Source: Stegostoma tigrinum
Lineage: Eukaryota
NCBI RefSeq assembly: GCF_030684315.1
Contig: NC_081365.1
Span: 32,081,394 to 32,145,393 of the forward strand
Length of the DNA stretch: 64,000 bases
Direction: 5' to 3'
The notes beneath the pieces were generated by a model. That model searched no databases. It was not told the origin of the DNA and saw only the letters and a list, made by a program, of their open reading frames with translations. Every line of letters starts with the position of its first letter. The first letter of the stretch is position 1. Positions 25,105 through 38,671 of this stretch are shown here, piece after piece. Position numbers and translations under genes: made by a program.

Positions 25105-26680
25105 TTGGCAAGTCTTCTTGCTGCCACCCCCCCCCCCCAGCTTAGGAAGTCCCTCAGGATGAAGGAGGACTTTCTTCTACTTTGGCCTTGCCAGGTGACC
25201 AAATAAAATCCGCACACAATACCTCCATTGGAGTGGGAGATGTCTGCTGCAGTTGTTGTTTACAAAGCTTGGACTCCCCCATTCCCATTCTGCTGGTTGT
25301 ACATGGCTCCCACCTAGAACTGTTGGTGGTGCCCTATACGGTTATGTCCTTCACAAATAGTTCTACTCCAAATTGGAGATTTTCACTAGTCAATGGGGAT
25401 GTCACATGTTTTCTGGAAGTCTTTCAGCATGTTGTTGAAGCATTTCCTTTGGCCTGCTTGTACCTCTTGCTGTGATGAAGCATGGAGTAGAGACCTTATT
25501 TGGAAGTCTTGTGCCAGGTAGGTGGACATTGTGGCTGACTCAACACAGCCCTGATTCTGGGGATGTTGGCCACTGGTATTGGAGCTCTTATCCTGCCATT
25601 GGATTTGCAGAATTTAAAGAGATGTTAATATTTTTAAGGGATATGGAATGTCTGCCGTACATTGTGCATGTATCCTATACATACAGAAGGGCTAGGTGAC
25701 AGCACTGCCCTGTGGACCATTTGCTTGGTGTCAGGTTTGAGGTCTTTGCCCTTAAACACTTTTCCTTCAATAGCCAACATCTGCACAAGCACACCAGAGG
25801 CATGTTGAATCTCACCATCTTTTAGATGTCTCCCAAAGTGTGGGAATCGACTCACATTGTCCTGTGCTCTGTTGTGGATCCTGATTGTCAGGGAACAATA
25901 TTGTGTGGTGAGATCAGAGTGGTAGAGGACCTTTTGCATATTTAACCTGAGGTCTGTTCTGTGAATGCAATGATGATAGTTTGGATTTGACTTCTGATTT
26001 TGCACATACACAAGCACTGCCTGCAACTGCAGTTTGACAATGGATGTTGCGGTGTTCTTCGTTATGAATGCAATGCAGGTTGAGTGTTTTTCTGCTCGTC
26101 CTGTAGATTAGCAGTCAGGAAGACTAATGAATTTGGGGTGGAGTGTTATGGCAAGGAGGATGGAGAAGACGTTTGGTGCAAAGAGACAGTCTTCCTTGAC
26201 ACCAATTTGCACAAACACATTCAATCTATGAGAGATCCATTGGTGACAGTCATAATTTGCATACCATTGCACAGCAGGCAGGGGATATGACAAACTTCTG
26301 TAGAACCAGTTTTGAGAAGGATGCTTCATTTGTTCCTCTTTCTTGATACAGTCAAAGGCCTTTTTGAGATTCATGAAAGCCACGTATAGGAGTTGCTGAT
26401 ATTCTCTACAGTTTTCCTGGATTTGTCTTGCCATGAAAATCATGTCCACTGTGCCTCTTGATCTACATAGTGCCGCTGGAGGAGTTTTTCCAGCCACTGA
26501 GCGGATGCAATTGACGATGATTTTTGCATTAATCTTTACTGTAGCAGACAGCGCCCTGTATTTACCGCAAATTGTCATATCTTCTTTCGTGAAGATGACC
26601 ACAATGATGGTGTCTCAGAGATCTCTTGCCATGTTCTCCCAGATGAGGGAGGTGAGTTTTATTGCCCCTTTATGGTGACA
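25105..26680 (-). mobile_element. RTE-clade LINE RT remnant
   Basis: ORF 26108-26602 RGTVDMIFMARQIQENCREYQQLLYVAFMNLKKAFD and ORF 25634-26026 (VSRFPHFG, TKQMVHRAVL) match RTE RT motifs. Confidence 0.85.
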
Positions 26681-28319
26681 ATTAAATGGGAGAGGGTGGG
26701 TGAGAGAAAATGTCTTCTTTTGGAATCATGGCTGTAACCATTTGGGTGCAGGAGTACTTTCTGTCCCCGTAACTTGCAAGTCATTTTATGACACTGTCTT
26801 TGTCTATGAAATATGAGCCACTTACTATCACTTGCTCAATCTTTGAGGGGTCTCATTGATATCTCAGCCTGTAGACCCAACTTCAGAGGAATTTACCTCA
26901 CTAAAAAATGTTTCTGCACTCATTACCAGTGCAAAGATCCCAGCTGAAGGCAGGAGAGGTTGCCTAAGCTAAGAATTTGAACAACTAATTTAGATAGGTC
27001 TTCACAGTAAAAAGCATGCCAAGAGTAGTGAAAAATCAAGAGGAAAGAGAATGTGAAGAGCTTAAAACTGTCACTAACACCAGAAAAAATGCATTTGAAC
27101 AACTAATAGGACTGAAGGCTGACAAGATGTTGAGACCCAATTGCATGCCTCTGAGGATTTTAAAAGAAGCAGATACATAGCAACATGCCTGTAATTTCCT
27201 CACTTTCAAGAATGCACAGGGATACAGGTTAAAAGTGAGCTTCGACCCTCGTCTGTGTGTCTCAGGAGGCTAATGTCTCAGTGCAGGCAGTGAGGTCTGC
27301 TTCTCTGAAACCAGCCATTTAACACGCACCTACACTGCATAGAAAAGAAAGGAAAGTGGGGGTTCTTGCTTACTCTGAGCGTTACCAGTCCAGAACGGCA
27401 AAAAACAGTCAGGGCAAATGAATTTCAACCAATCAATCTACAAGGCTACAGATCTCAGTTGAGTGTTCTCAACTATCAACGTCACCATTGGTGACAATCT
27501 GGTTTTCACAAACAATTCAGAGATGGATCCATACATTATTCTAACTTTTTAAAAATCATTTTGAACTCATGCCTCATGCTTTTTTTGTGTGACTATTGGT
27601 TTTCACATTCAATAATTAATAAGCTCACTTTTATTGCCAATTCAAGTAAGTCTGTTCAAGGCATTTCCTTTTAAAACACAAGTTAATTTGGATTTGAGAG
27701 TGTAAGGTAACACAGGAGAAGGGCTACATTTTAATATAATATTGTTGCAACCAAAAGAGGGAGCATGGCAAAAGCCAAAGGGCCCTACCTGACCCCTCTT
27801 CATCAGTACGTCAGTCTCTTGTTGGTTCTCCCATTATCTGACAACAACCTGGTTTAACAGCTCTGTCCTTTAGATCTTGACCAGCTTACTTGGTAGTTAG
27901 TTGTGCTGTTGAGTTACACTTAGTCATGGACCTTGAAACCCTCTGCAACCTTTGCCATGCTCGGTGCTTCCTCCAAATGCGGTTGAACACTAAGACTACA
28001 GACGCATCAATCAAGTCAATGGGGGATGCAACACTTGGTAAATAGCAGGAGATTTCATTGCCCATGTTTGAAATGATGCCTTTAGAATTGATGGGGTTCA
28101 GAATGAATGTTTAGGAGCCCCAGAACAACTCCTTCTCAACTGTAAAGTGTGATTCTACCTTTTTGCTAGTTCTGTCCTGCTAGTGGGACAGGACATCCCC
28201 AGGGCTGGTGATGGTGGTATTTGGGACATTGTGCTTCAGGTATGATTTAGTGAATGACTGTATCTGTTCTGCCAGTTTTGGCTCTAGCCCCAGACAAGTG
28301 GATCTTGATGGAATCCTCA

Positions 28320-28792
28320 CAACTTGCCTGGCTGGGTGAAGCACTAACAGCAATCAAGAAAATCAACAACATCCAAAAGAAAGGAGTCCACTTGGCTGGC
28401 ATCCTTTATGTTACTTTAAAACATTCACTTCATCCGCCATAAGTGAACAGCAGCAGACAAGAAGATGCACTGCAGCAACTTCAGAAGGTTCCTTCAGCCA
28501 CACTCTCTAAGTGACCTCTACCAGCCAGTAGGAATTGGCAATTGACATATAGTAAAACCATCACCTGCAAGTTCTCCTCAAAGCCACACGCCATCCTGAC
28601 TTGAAAATATATTGTTGTTACTTCACTGCACCTGTTCAAAATCCTGGAGCTCCCTTCCTGACAGCGCTTTGGATGGACTGCAGCAGTTCAAGGATGTAGC
28701 TCACCACCATCTCTCCAAGAGCACTTGGCAATGGACAACAAATGCTCATCTTGCCAACAATGGCCCCATCCCAAGTATGAATTTTAAAAAAT
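28320..28792 (+). mobile_element. LINE 3' end (CR1-group) whose tail is shared with the second SINE family
   Basis: ggactgcagcagttcaagg...caatggacaacaaatgct...ccccatccc tail also ends the SINEs at 7530-7580 and 53250-53305. Confidence 0.6.
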
Positions 28793-31700
28793 TGGAGGCA
28801 GCTCACTACTACCTTGAAACCGATGTGCCTTAGCAACAACTTCCAAATTCCATGAATGAGTAACACAATAAATTATGAATGGTCTTAGGTAGCTACTTTG
28901 TGATTTTGTTCCACTCTGATATTAGCTTTATACCTCCATCCACATTATCTATTTGATTTATTTTAGTTTCCTGTTTGTTTGTCTGCTCCCACCATCATCA
29001 TCCATGATTGCTACTTTCAGTTGATGCACCCAATCCTTAAAGTTATTGATCAAATGCACCACATTTTTAATCTCCCTTGATTTGCTTAAACGTCTACACT
29101 GCCAGTAAATTCCTCTTTTCTTAACTCAGTGTCCATCTTTCTATGTATGAGATATTGTCTTCCATGTGGAGCACTGTGCATATGATAGTTGTTGTTACTG
29201 CTCATAAATATAGAACTGTTCAAAGGTATGCAACTGAGTACATGAATATTATTGTTGTGTTTCATATGATATTTGCAAAACAAATTGGTGAGCTTGAATT
29301 CATAAGAAAATTAATTTAGAATGGAGGTTTTTAGAATGTGGTGTCGTGGTAACATCACCGTCCATAGGCTGGAAGCTTGGCGTTCAACTCTCCACAGGGA
29401 TTTGCTGGTCACCATAGACATGTTCACGATATGGTTAAAAAAGCTGATCAGGCAATGAAGGCAATGAGGCGGTGAGAGCAGGAACAGGCAGCCCTAACCA
29501 GCAGTGAGGGAGGGGTCAAGCCCTTGTGAGGAGTGTGAGCCCAGCTTGGCCAGTGCTTACCAACTGTGATGTTAAACTGTTTCTTTGTTTTTCTACACTT
29601 TAGTAAGAAGGACTGTCATATTTAACTTCTTAAAGTGCTTTCTTTATTTTCTACTTCGTACTAAGATTCTGTGCACAGGTGCGAAGGTACCTAAGGCCTA
29701 CTAAGTAAGTGGTAGCTTGTAAAATTTTCCACTGTACTCATGCAAGTAAGTACATGACAATAAAAGCTAATTGATAGTTGAATGTTTCCACTATTCCTTA
29801 AAAAGGGAAAGATGTGTGTGTAAAGAAGATTCTTTTATTGCTAAAGTTTCAAATCTACTATTTTTTCATATAATGTACTCACTGGTTTCTCGCAGCTAAA
29901 TTCTGAGACTATTCACAAATCTTTCACACAGATCTCCTTTGTTAGTTGAAGCCTCTTATTTCATCTGATTACTTTCATGCCTGAGGACTGTGATCAGTCA
30001 GTAGTGCATAACTGAGTGCTTTGCTCCACATTTTTGTTTCACCAGAGCAAGTCTGTTGATTAGTAGACATTAAATGTGTTTTACAAAGGTTTAGAGATAG
30101 TAGAATTTGATTATGCCATTAAGCATTCTCCAACACCTCTTCTGCTATACAGAATCATTTAATTATGAAATAAGACTGTGCTGATATAGTCTAACTAATT
30201 CAAAAGTAGCATTCCCATGGATGCAAATATGTATTCAAACTTTTTTTTAAAAGCTAGGACTTTGAAGTTTGAGTTTTAACATAATGGGGATATAACCAGC
30301 TTAATGCTGGGCAGGATGCTGCTTTTACAATCGGTCCAAAATTACTTTCCATTATTTTCAATTTTTTACTTAAACAGTCAATAATCTGGATCAAGTTAAT
30401 AATCCCTAGAACATTTCTCTTGAGTTAAACTAGTGTGGCGTACTTGGTCACAATAAAGAACAGTGTGGTTTAAAGAAAAATCAAGAAATGAGGTAAAGCC
30501 GATCATCATGAATCTGTCATGTCTCACTTGGAAAGCTATTTAAATAGTGAGCAGCAAGAGGCCCATTTGAATCTATTTGTCTGCATTAGTATTCCATTAT
30601 TACCTTGCCCCACTTCATTGATATGCAGTTTCCCAAACTTGCACCAGCCAAGGGTCGGGGACTTTGCTAAAATTCCTGACACGAAGTTCGGAGTGGATGC
30701 CTCATGACTGTAGCTCACTGTTTGCTCCTCCAGGCCTCCCTCTTGACCAGCAGTCCCCACTATCTCAGGGTACACTCCGTGTGTGTAACCACTTGCACCC
30801 TCTGTCCATGGACATTGGCATCAGACATGTAACTGCCTCACTGCACTTAAGTGGTATATCTCTAAACCACTTACAATATAGTTCTGCATTTTGAAGCCTA
30901 CCAGCACATTTCCTTGCAATGCTGCTGCCAGGCCACTTTGCATGTAAGGATAGACACCCAAATTATGGGCTGCAGCAGGGTACAACTCAGGGCTCCTTGC
31001 TTGCTCTTTTAGCACTCAGTTACTTTGAACCTACCTGGATGCTCACAACACCTCTGCCTTGCCTTTTTGTGCTTGGCTCCTTCAGCCAGAGCTTAAAGGC
31101 TTAGTGTAGACACAAAGCCAGGCAGCTTGCTATGGTTGTCGGCAGTGACCAGTTAAAAGAGGGTGAACATGTCTCTGTATGGCACAATGCTACATCAACC
31201 TCACACCTGCAGCATGTGCAGCAGCAAATGAAACCAACACATTGCAGTATGCTTCAAAGTAGTGGCCGTATCTCAAAGCTCACGGAGAGTAGTCCTCAAT
31301 CAGGCTGCATGCAACAGCATTCAGTTACAAGGTGCAAGCGCAGTAAGGCAAAGGCATTTTCCACTCTCATCAGTGCTTGGACACAGCTGGTCAGCTGTAT
31401 GCTGCCTCCAATGATTTCGCTAACCTCTCTGCCATAGCAGTGGCCCCGTTTCATTTTGATTTGTGCTAATCCTCCAGTGTTCGATCTGGTGCATCAGCCG
31501 TGCCGACCCCTTTACAGATTTGGATGGACAGCCCTGACAGTTGACTGACCAGACCCTGACTGGCCAAACCCCGACTGATCTGTATGCTGCTCCCCAAATG
31601 ACTTAACAAGATTCATCTGAATGCTTGAAATGGACCTGACCAATCATGGCCTACTCCCCAGACTGTAGCACCTCAGAGCGAAATGCTCGCTAAGATTCAC

Positions 31701-33065
31701 TGACAGAAACTCTCCATGTATTTTGCCAAATTGACACTTAGTTAATTTCTGGTATAATTTTAGTGCATGAAAGAAATATAAAGCTGATTTTCCATGTTGG
31801 TGCTCATACTGGAGAGCAGTGTTCATGAAGAATATGGTTGGGTAACTGAAAAAATGGATAGAGAATCAAGTCCTGTTAAGAGTATGGTTACTGAATCAAC
31901 ACTGTATATTGGAGCAGCTGACTATGATATCAATTCTGTAGATACTGTCATCTAATATACATTGGCATTGTTACAGAAAAACTGATGAACATAAATTTAA
32001 CAAGTCTATGAATCAAACTAGATAGGAGGGAAGGAATGATAAATAATTTGATACTTTGTGGCCATAAACTTGTAAAGTATTTAAATTGGTGAATGCCAGT
32101 ATCCAATGTCACAAATAGAAATGGTAGGGAGGGCAAGCGCTTTGAAACAAAGATTTAGTTGTGAAGAACATAATTACTCCAAATTCAAGAATTTGTATGA
32201 AACAAACATCACCAGCAATAAAAAACAGCATATTGGTTTGGTATACTCTGGTCTAAAACTCGCAAATTGACACTGATTTTCATGAAAAGTAAGCAAAAAT
32301 TGTCAGATAGTCTCAACTCACTCCGTGGTAACTTCAAAAGCAGAAGACTGTAAATTTGACTTGAAAAGCCAATTGTCATCCAATGTGCCAATGCAGTACT
32401 GAGGGATTGTTGCATTGTATGTAAACATAGAACCAAATGGCACTACTCACAGAAAATTAGCAGAGTGTTTTGGCCAATATTTATCCTTTCACCAATACCA
32501 GAAATACAACAACAGATTGCATACCTTATTTCCCATTATGATCCATCACTGCATGTGTTTTAGCTTGTCTGCAGCATTTCAAAAACAAAATATCTGGGGT
32601 ATCTGGAGGATCTTAAAAATGCTACTTAAATATAAGTTCTTTCTTGTTTGACTTTAATCTGGCAATCACATCTGCAGCTTAATGCTTAGCTTCTCCAAAC
32701 AAATGAAGTGATCTTTGCAAACTTTACCGGAAGCTCAAGGAAGTAATTAACACAGTTTCTCACAATTACGTAAAATGTTCAGTTAATTACTTTCTTTGAC
32801 GATTAAATATTCCCAGTTAAGTCTTCAAATGATCACCAAGTGCCTGTAAATTGCAAAAACTTTGGATCTCAACTGATAGTGATAATACCAGAAGAAGATT
32901 CCTTAGCCTTCACCTGAACATCTTAACAAGAAACTATGTGGATTTTCCACCAGATTTCTACCTAGGAGCAAACTATGCTAGATTTGTCTCAGTAAATTGT
33001 CAATCACGTTGCATTTTCTTGACCAAAGTCCAATTATTATACATTCAAGCTACAGAGTAAATTAT

Positions 33066-33240
33066 TGAACTGTCAGAAAATCAGCAATGTTTCATGGTCA
33101 TCATTAGACTCTTAATGCCAGATATTTATTGAATTCAAATTCCACCATCCACCATGGCAGAGTTTGAATCCAGGTCCCCAGAACAAAACCTGGTCTCTGG
33201 ATTAATCGTCCAACGATAATATCACTAGGTCATTACCTAC
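33066..33240 (-). mobile_element. tRNA-derived SINE 5' part
   Basis: Reverse complement of the head of 52965-53305. Confidence 0.7.
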
Positions 33241-33639
33241 CCCCAACTGTCGAAGGGGTCTTGGTGAGTCGGTGCAGAAAATCTTGTAGATGATGTAACT
33301 GCTGCTACTGAGCTTCAGTGGCGGAAAGAGAGGACATTTGTCAAAATTCCATGTTGGGTTATTCCGTGGCCGTCCTTGTTGGAGTATTCCATGTCCCACT
33401 AAGCAGAGCTGTACACAACGCTGTCATTTGAGAATGATGTGAATGCTGGCAGCTCTCATTATTAAGAACCTCCTCACAAAAGTTCAGTGTAGATGTGACT
33501 GAAAGGTTCATTCAAGCAGGAATTATCAGCACTGCAGGGTGTGGAGAAATGGAAGACGAGATGTGGCAGCAAGCTCAGAAGCAGCAGCAATGTCCAGAGG
33601 AGGTTGAACCACCTCCACATGAAGAGGCTGCAGCTGGAA

Positions 33640-34130
33640 GTCCTCTTAGGATGCACAGGTTGTACAGTAGGCTCAGAAGGTTATGACCCTCAGTGCATTT
33701 CCTCTGGCTGACCCAGGCTGAGGATGTTTGGAAACACTGTCAAAACTGAACTGTGCCAGCTGCTGGGTAGGGGCATGAAGGGGTGGGTGGCCATCTTATC
33801 CTGGTGACCAGCAAGGTGGCATCTGTTTTGAGCCTCTATGTAACTTGTCCCTTCCAAGGAGCCACTGGAACCTGTGTGAAATCTCCCAATCATTCACCCA
33901 CAAATGAATCAAGGTTGTTACCTTTGTGCCAGATCACACTCTTCACCTCATTCCTGTGATGAGTGCTAAAGCTGGGGAATTGGGCTTTACCAACATAGCT
34001 GGCAACCCCAGGTGCAGGGCATGATAAACTACACAATGTCACATTAAGAGTGTAATCGCACAATGCAGCTGGTTTCCACAATAGGAAAGGGCTCCATTCC
34101 ATCACCATGCATGTGATTTGTGTTCATTGG
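33640..34130 (+). mobile_element. Degenerate Harbinger (HARBI1-like) transposase relic
   Basis: Broken frames give GFTNIAG-PQVQGMINYT...FHNRKGLHSITMHVIC, matching GFPQVQGAIDCTH...NRKGFHSINVQLVC. Confidence 0.72.
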
Positions 34131-35188
34131 CACCACTTCTTAAAGATTTGTGCCACTGATTGACCAGCTGGCTAGCGATCAAATTTAGCACTAGTGCGAA
34201 AATGCTGGGAATTTCTGAGATCCCCAAAGTACTTCCAGCTACACAATTGAGAGAATTGGGCTCGCATCAGATGAGAATAGCACCTTGGATAGTTAATAAC
34301 AATCGCATGAGAAACCTTGGTAGGCCTAATGCAAAAGAACCCTCAACGAAACTTCAGGAAAACAATCCTCAGCTGAACTATGGGAAGGTTCAACCCACAG
34401 TGAGCTCTATGAAATCACTTGCATAATAAAGGTAATTTCAAACTGCAAATTTAACTTAATGCATCACCCCAGTACCCTGTACTGAAAAACCTCTTCACAA
34501 CTTACTTATTTATTTCATTGGCTTCAGTAACCGTTGCTGTAGGGCGTAAATATGTTCAGCGTTTGATCTGCCCACATATGTGACATTAACTTTCCTACGT
34601 TAAACCCGTTACACCACGCACAAAACTTTATGCACAGAGACACATGAGCCGATCAGCTGCCTTCTTCTTTTTTCATTCCCTCTTCTGCTTCTTCTTACCT
34701 GGAAAGTGATGGTTAGCTCTATTCTAATATGGTTTGCTTAGATATCGCCATCATTACTTTATCTCCATTTACATCCAATTTCTTTGTCACACATTTTACT
34801 GAGTCTTCTGGTAACTATTCATTTGTACTGGAATTATTCCTGGAACCATGATTGAAAGGACATGAGCATTATTGCCATTAGATAACTGAATTAGACATCT
34901 AAGGTTGAGTTACACTATAGAAATGGAGCACCAATAGTCTGGAAATGGTGGAAAATGACTTAGTGCTGCTTTTCTGCCATCACTGTGGTAACCACCATCT
35001 TTTCAGATTAACTTGATGGCAAGCCCACTCCCTGGATCAAGTAGTAGCTCAATTTAAAATGCATCTTTGTGATCTTTGAACAATTGGCCTCTTGTTAGGC
35101 TAAGCACCAGGCAAGGCACAAACAGCACTTGCCCCACAACTACCAGTCCAGCAGAATGAAGATCCAATAGAAACATTGACATTTCTTT

Positions 35189-35370
35189 AAAAATTGAAAG
35201 AAATGCGGATGCTGCAAATCAGGAACAAAAACAAAGTTGCTGAAAAAGTTCAGCAGGTCTGGCAGCATCTGTGAAGGAATATTCAGAGTTAAAGTTTCAG
35301 GTCCAGTGACCCTTCCTCAGAATGGGTCTGAGGAAGGGTCACCAGACCTGAAACTTTAACTCTGATTTAT
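35189..35370. mobile_element. Older Penelope-like terminal repeat family, inverted pair
   Basis: Inverted arms ~35283-35320 and 35327-35365 with a CTGAGGA..GAAAC core; ATTTCTTT at both flanks (35181-35188, 35371-35378). Confidence 0.7.
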
Positions 35371-36175
35371 ATTTCTTTGTATAGGTCTGTAAAGAGTCCA
35401 CTACTCAGGGGCTTCCTTCTCCACTATCCAGCCCAATCTTAGGTAGCCAGCTGTTTCAGTGTGGTGTCCACAGTCTGGAGGAGATTAAGGACTTTCAGCA
35501 CTCTACAAAGGCACTTGCCACCACCTTCTCCCTGCTATCTCATATTTACTCTAACTCTGCCATTGCACCCACCTCCCACCAAGACTCACAGTCTACCACA
35601 TTTGTTACTGCAGTCAGCTCTCACTGATTCTGACGCAACGTCTCCCACAGACACCCTCCATGCTCTCTGTGCTTCCTAATGTCTCACTCAGGAAACCTCG
35701 CCACTTTTCTTGACTGACAAAGGGACCCTTTCGCTGACCATGGTCTCTCTTGACTGTTCATCACCTGGCAACCTGTTTGAATTAAAAGACAAGGGTAGAA
35801 ATGTGAACATCCATGCAGGCACAAGATGAGCCAAAATCCTAAGGCTAAATCCTGTTCTGTTGCAGGAAATGGTGCCTGCCAGCTCCATGGTGCAGTTTGA
35901 AGTGCTAAAATGTTTTAAAAATGAGCTTCAAATGTACCCTGAAGATGTGATGGGCCTGGCATTTTGTCATTGCCACCTTCTGTGAATGGAGGATGTCATT
36001 GTCCATGAAGCTTGCACTGAAGTGTTGGGTAGAGCTGGCCAAGCTGAGGGTCTGAGAATGAGGTTGGTGAGTTGCAGTTACCCACTCAGACTTTCATGTT
36101 GGTAATTGTCACCGTCTAGCTTCACCCCACGGCCTTGGAAAATAGCAAACTGCATAGAAATGAGGCGAGATGTGA

Positions 36176-36528
36176 TAGAATAGAATCCCTACAGTATGGA
36201 AACAGGCCACTCGGCCCAACAAGTCCGCACTGACCCTCCAAAGAGAATCCTACCCAGACCCATCTCCCTTCCCTATAACCTGCATTTCCTATTGCTAATG
36301 CACCTAACCTACATTTCCCTGAACACTACAGAAAAATTTAGCATGGCCAATCCACCTAGCTTGCATATCTTTGGACTGTGGGATGAAACCACAGCACCCA
36401 GAGGAAATCCGCACAGACACGGGGAGAATGTGCAAACTCTGCACAGGCAGTTGCTTGAGGCGGGAATCAAACCTGGTCCTCTGGTGCTGTGAGGCAGCAC
36501 TGCTAACCACTGAACTACCATGCCGCCC
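36176..36528 (-). mobile_element. Full-length HE1-type V-SINE
   Basis: tRNA-like head (A and B boxes), V-domain gtttgcacattctccccgtgtctg, CR1-like tail ending in TTCTA repeats. Confidence 0.85.
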
Positions 36529-36532
36529 AAAA

Positions 36533-36604
36533 GGGTTTGTCTGGGATTTGAACCCAGGACCTCTCACACCCTAAGTGAGAATCATACCAGTAGACCAACA
36601 AGCT
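36533..36604 (-). pseudogene. tRNA-Pro(AGG) pseudogene
   Basis: 72-nt AGCTTGTTGGTCTACTGGTATGATTCTCACTTAGGGTGTGAGAGGTCCTGGGTTCAAATCCCAGACAAACCC aligns to vertebrate tRNA-Pro(AGG); all CpGs decayed, two acceptor-stem mismatches; TTTT follows. Confidence 0.85.
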
Positions 36605-37882
36605 TGTTAAAATGTCAATGCTTGCAAATCATCCTCTTGTCATTCACTAAGTGAGATTCTCATCTCATTATTAAGACATTGAATGGGATTTTGCTTTCTC
36701 AACCTTACTTTTCTATTCTCAACACATTTTTAACAACTGACTTACCATTGCTCACATTGTTCAGGGGGTCAGAAGATTTTGCCCATAATTTTAGGTAGCA
36801 ACCTACATGCAAAACATTACATTTAAGTGTATCAGTGTATCCAAAAATGGGGAATATTAATGTGGAAACTTTTAAGCTGTTTTAGAAAATGCAACATTTT
36901 ACAGTTCCTGGACTGTGACATTGGACTTGAAACATTAACTGTGTTTCTCTCTCCCCAGACGCTACGAAACCTGCTGAATTTCTCCAGCACTTTCTGTTTT
37001 AATTTTTAACGGCTTAACCATACTCAAAGTGAATAACAGAGAATAAGTGTTCGCCTGGTAAGTGATACCCATATGCCATGAATGTGTAAAAAAACTTGAG
37101 TAAACTAGTGCATTAAGCACAGCCACAGCTCTAAACTAAATATTTGTAAATATATTTCTGCATATCTCACGTTATGTGTTTCTAAAACCATCGCATGGAT
37201 GTTGCAATACTTAATGGGTGGGAGTGAGCTGGTGTGAAGATTTTCATTTTGATAACCATGACAAACATATAAACATCCTGTGTGGGCAGGATTATCGGGA
37301 ACTTCAGTTTTATGTCAGCTTTGGTTACACTTCTTCGTAATCACTATACGTATTCCATTTACTTGGCCCCTGGTGATATGGGTGGAACTCAAGTGAATGC
37401 AGTTACTACACCATCCTCGTAGGTACTAATAGTAATTGCTAACTGTAAAGTTTCCCCAAGGAGCAGAAACATGTTGCAGCAGAGGGTAATGTTGGTTCTT
37501 TTGGGCATCAATGAGTTCCCCATTGCTTCACTAATTCCCACCTTTGATGTTCCTCCCAGAGCATATCTAGACTTATGGCTCCAGTTCTGGAATTTGGTCC
37601 CAGTGCTGTGAATGTCTTTATTAGAAGAGAGTCATGCTGCAGTCTGTTAAAAACATTTCTACAGCCTTCCTGTCCAGGTGCAAAGCAACATAAATAACGT
37701 ATTACAATATGTAACACCTCTCACATCCCAGTCCTTTCAACTGGGTAACTGAGCAATGTTAAATCTGTTCATGATTGATGACCCCTGTGTTCACTTTTAC
37801 CTTATCAAAGTAGAAGCAGAATACAGTGCAAGCTCTGCAGCAAGCTTTCTTTAGTAAGTTTTTTCAGATGTTTGAGCAAATC

Positions 37883-38230
37883 ATAGAATCTCTACAGTGT
37901 GGAAGCAGGCTATTTGACATGTCGAGTCCACATCAATCTTCCAAAGCGCATCCCACCTAAAACCATCCCACCCATCCCAACCCTATTCATCATAATCTTG
38001 CATTTCCCATAACCTACACAACCCTGGACAGTACGGACAATTTAGCCTGGACAATCTACCTAACCTGCACATCTTTGGACTGTGGGAGGAAACTGGAGCA
38101 CCCAGAGGAAACTCATGCAGACACAGGAGAATGTATAAACTGCACACAGACAATCGACTGAGGGCAGAATTTAATGTTGGTCGCTGGAACTCTAAGGCAG
38201 CAATACTAACAACTGAGCCACCATGCCACA
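37883..38230 (-). mobile_element. HE1-type V-SINE
   Basis: Homologous to 36176-36528. Confidence 0.85.
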
Positions 38231-38671
38231 CTGATGGAGCTAGTGGGTATTTATAATTAGCCCAGTTCATGAATCCAAGCCAGTTTTATAAATAGGTGCA
38301 CCAAGAAATCTTGTCCACTGGCTGGTCTTAGTGATAAATCATGGTTATGCCACATTGGCACAATTGTGGTAAAATAGCCACATTAACATGACTGATAGAA
38401 AATTGTGGGTAGTATACTTACTTCAGTTTTCTGCTATGCAGAGCCAGTTTCCCACTGGTTGCAAGGGTGATAGAATCACAGAGATTAACAGTACGGAGAG
38501 AGGCCCTTCAGCCCATTGTATCCATGCCAGTCATCAAACTTACTCTTGTCCCATTTTTCATACTCGGCCTGAAGCCATGGAATCTGTGGTCATTCAAGTA
38601 ATGATTTAATCACTTCTTAAATATACAGATGTTTCCCACTTCTTCCACCCTTAGATTGAACAGTAGGTAAT

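Noticed and set aside
34644-34707. Leader-like ORF MSRSAAFFFFHSLFCFFLPG followed by GAAAGT (one base from a GTAAGT donor)
   Set aside because: No GT donor, an in-frame stop follows, the hydrophobicity comes from a pyrimidine tract, and I found no associated Ig exon nearby
36533-36604. Functional tRNA-Pro gene
   Set aside because: A1-C72 and C3-A70 mismatches in the acceptor stem and complete CpG decay; called a pseudogene
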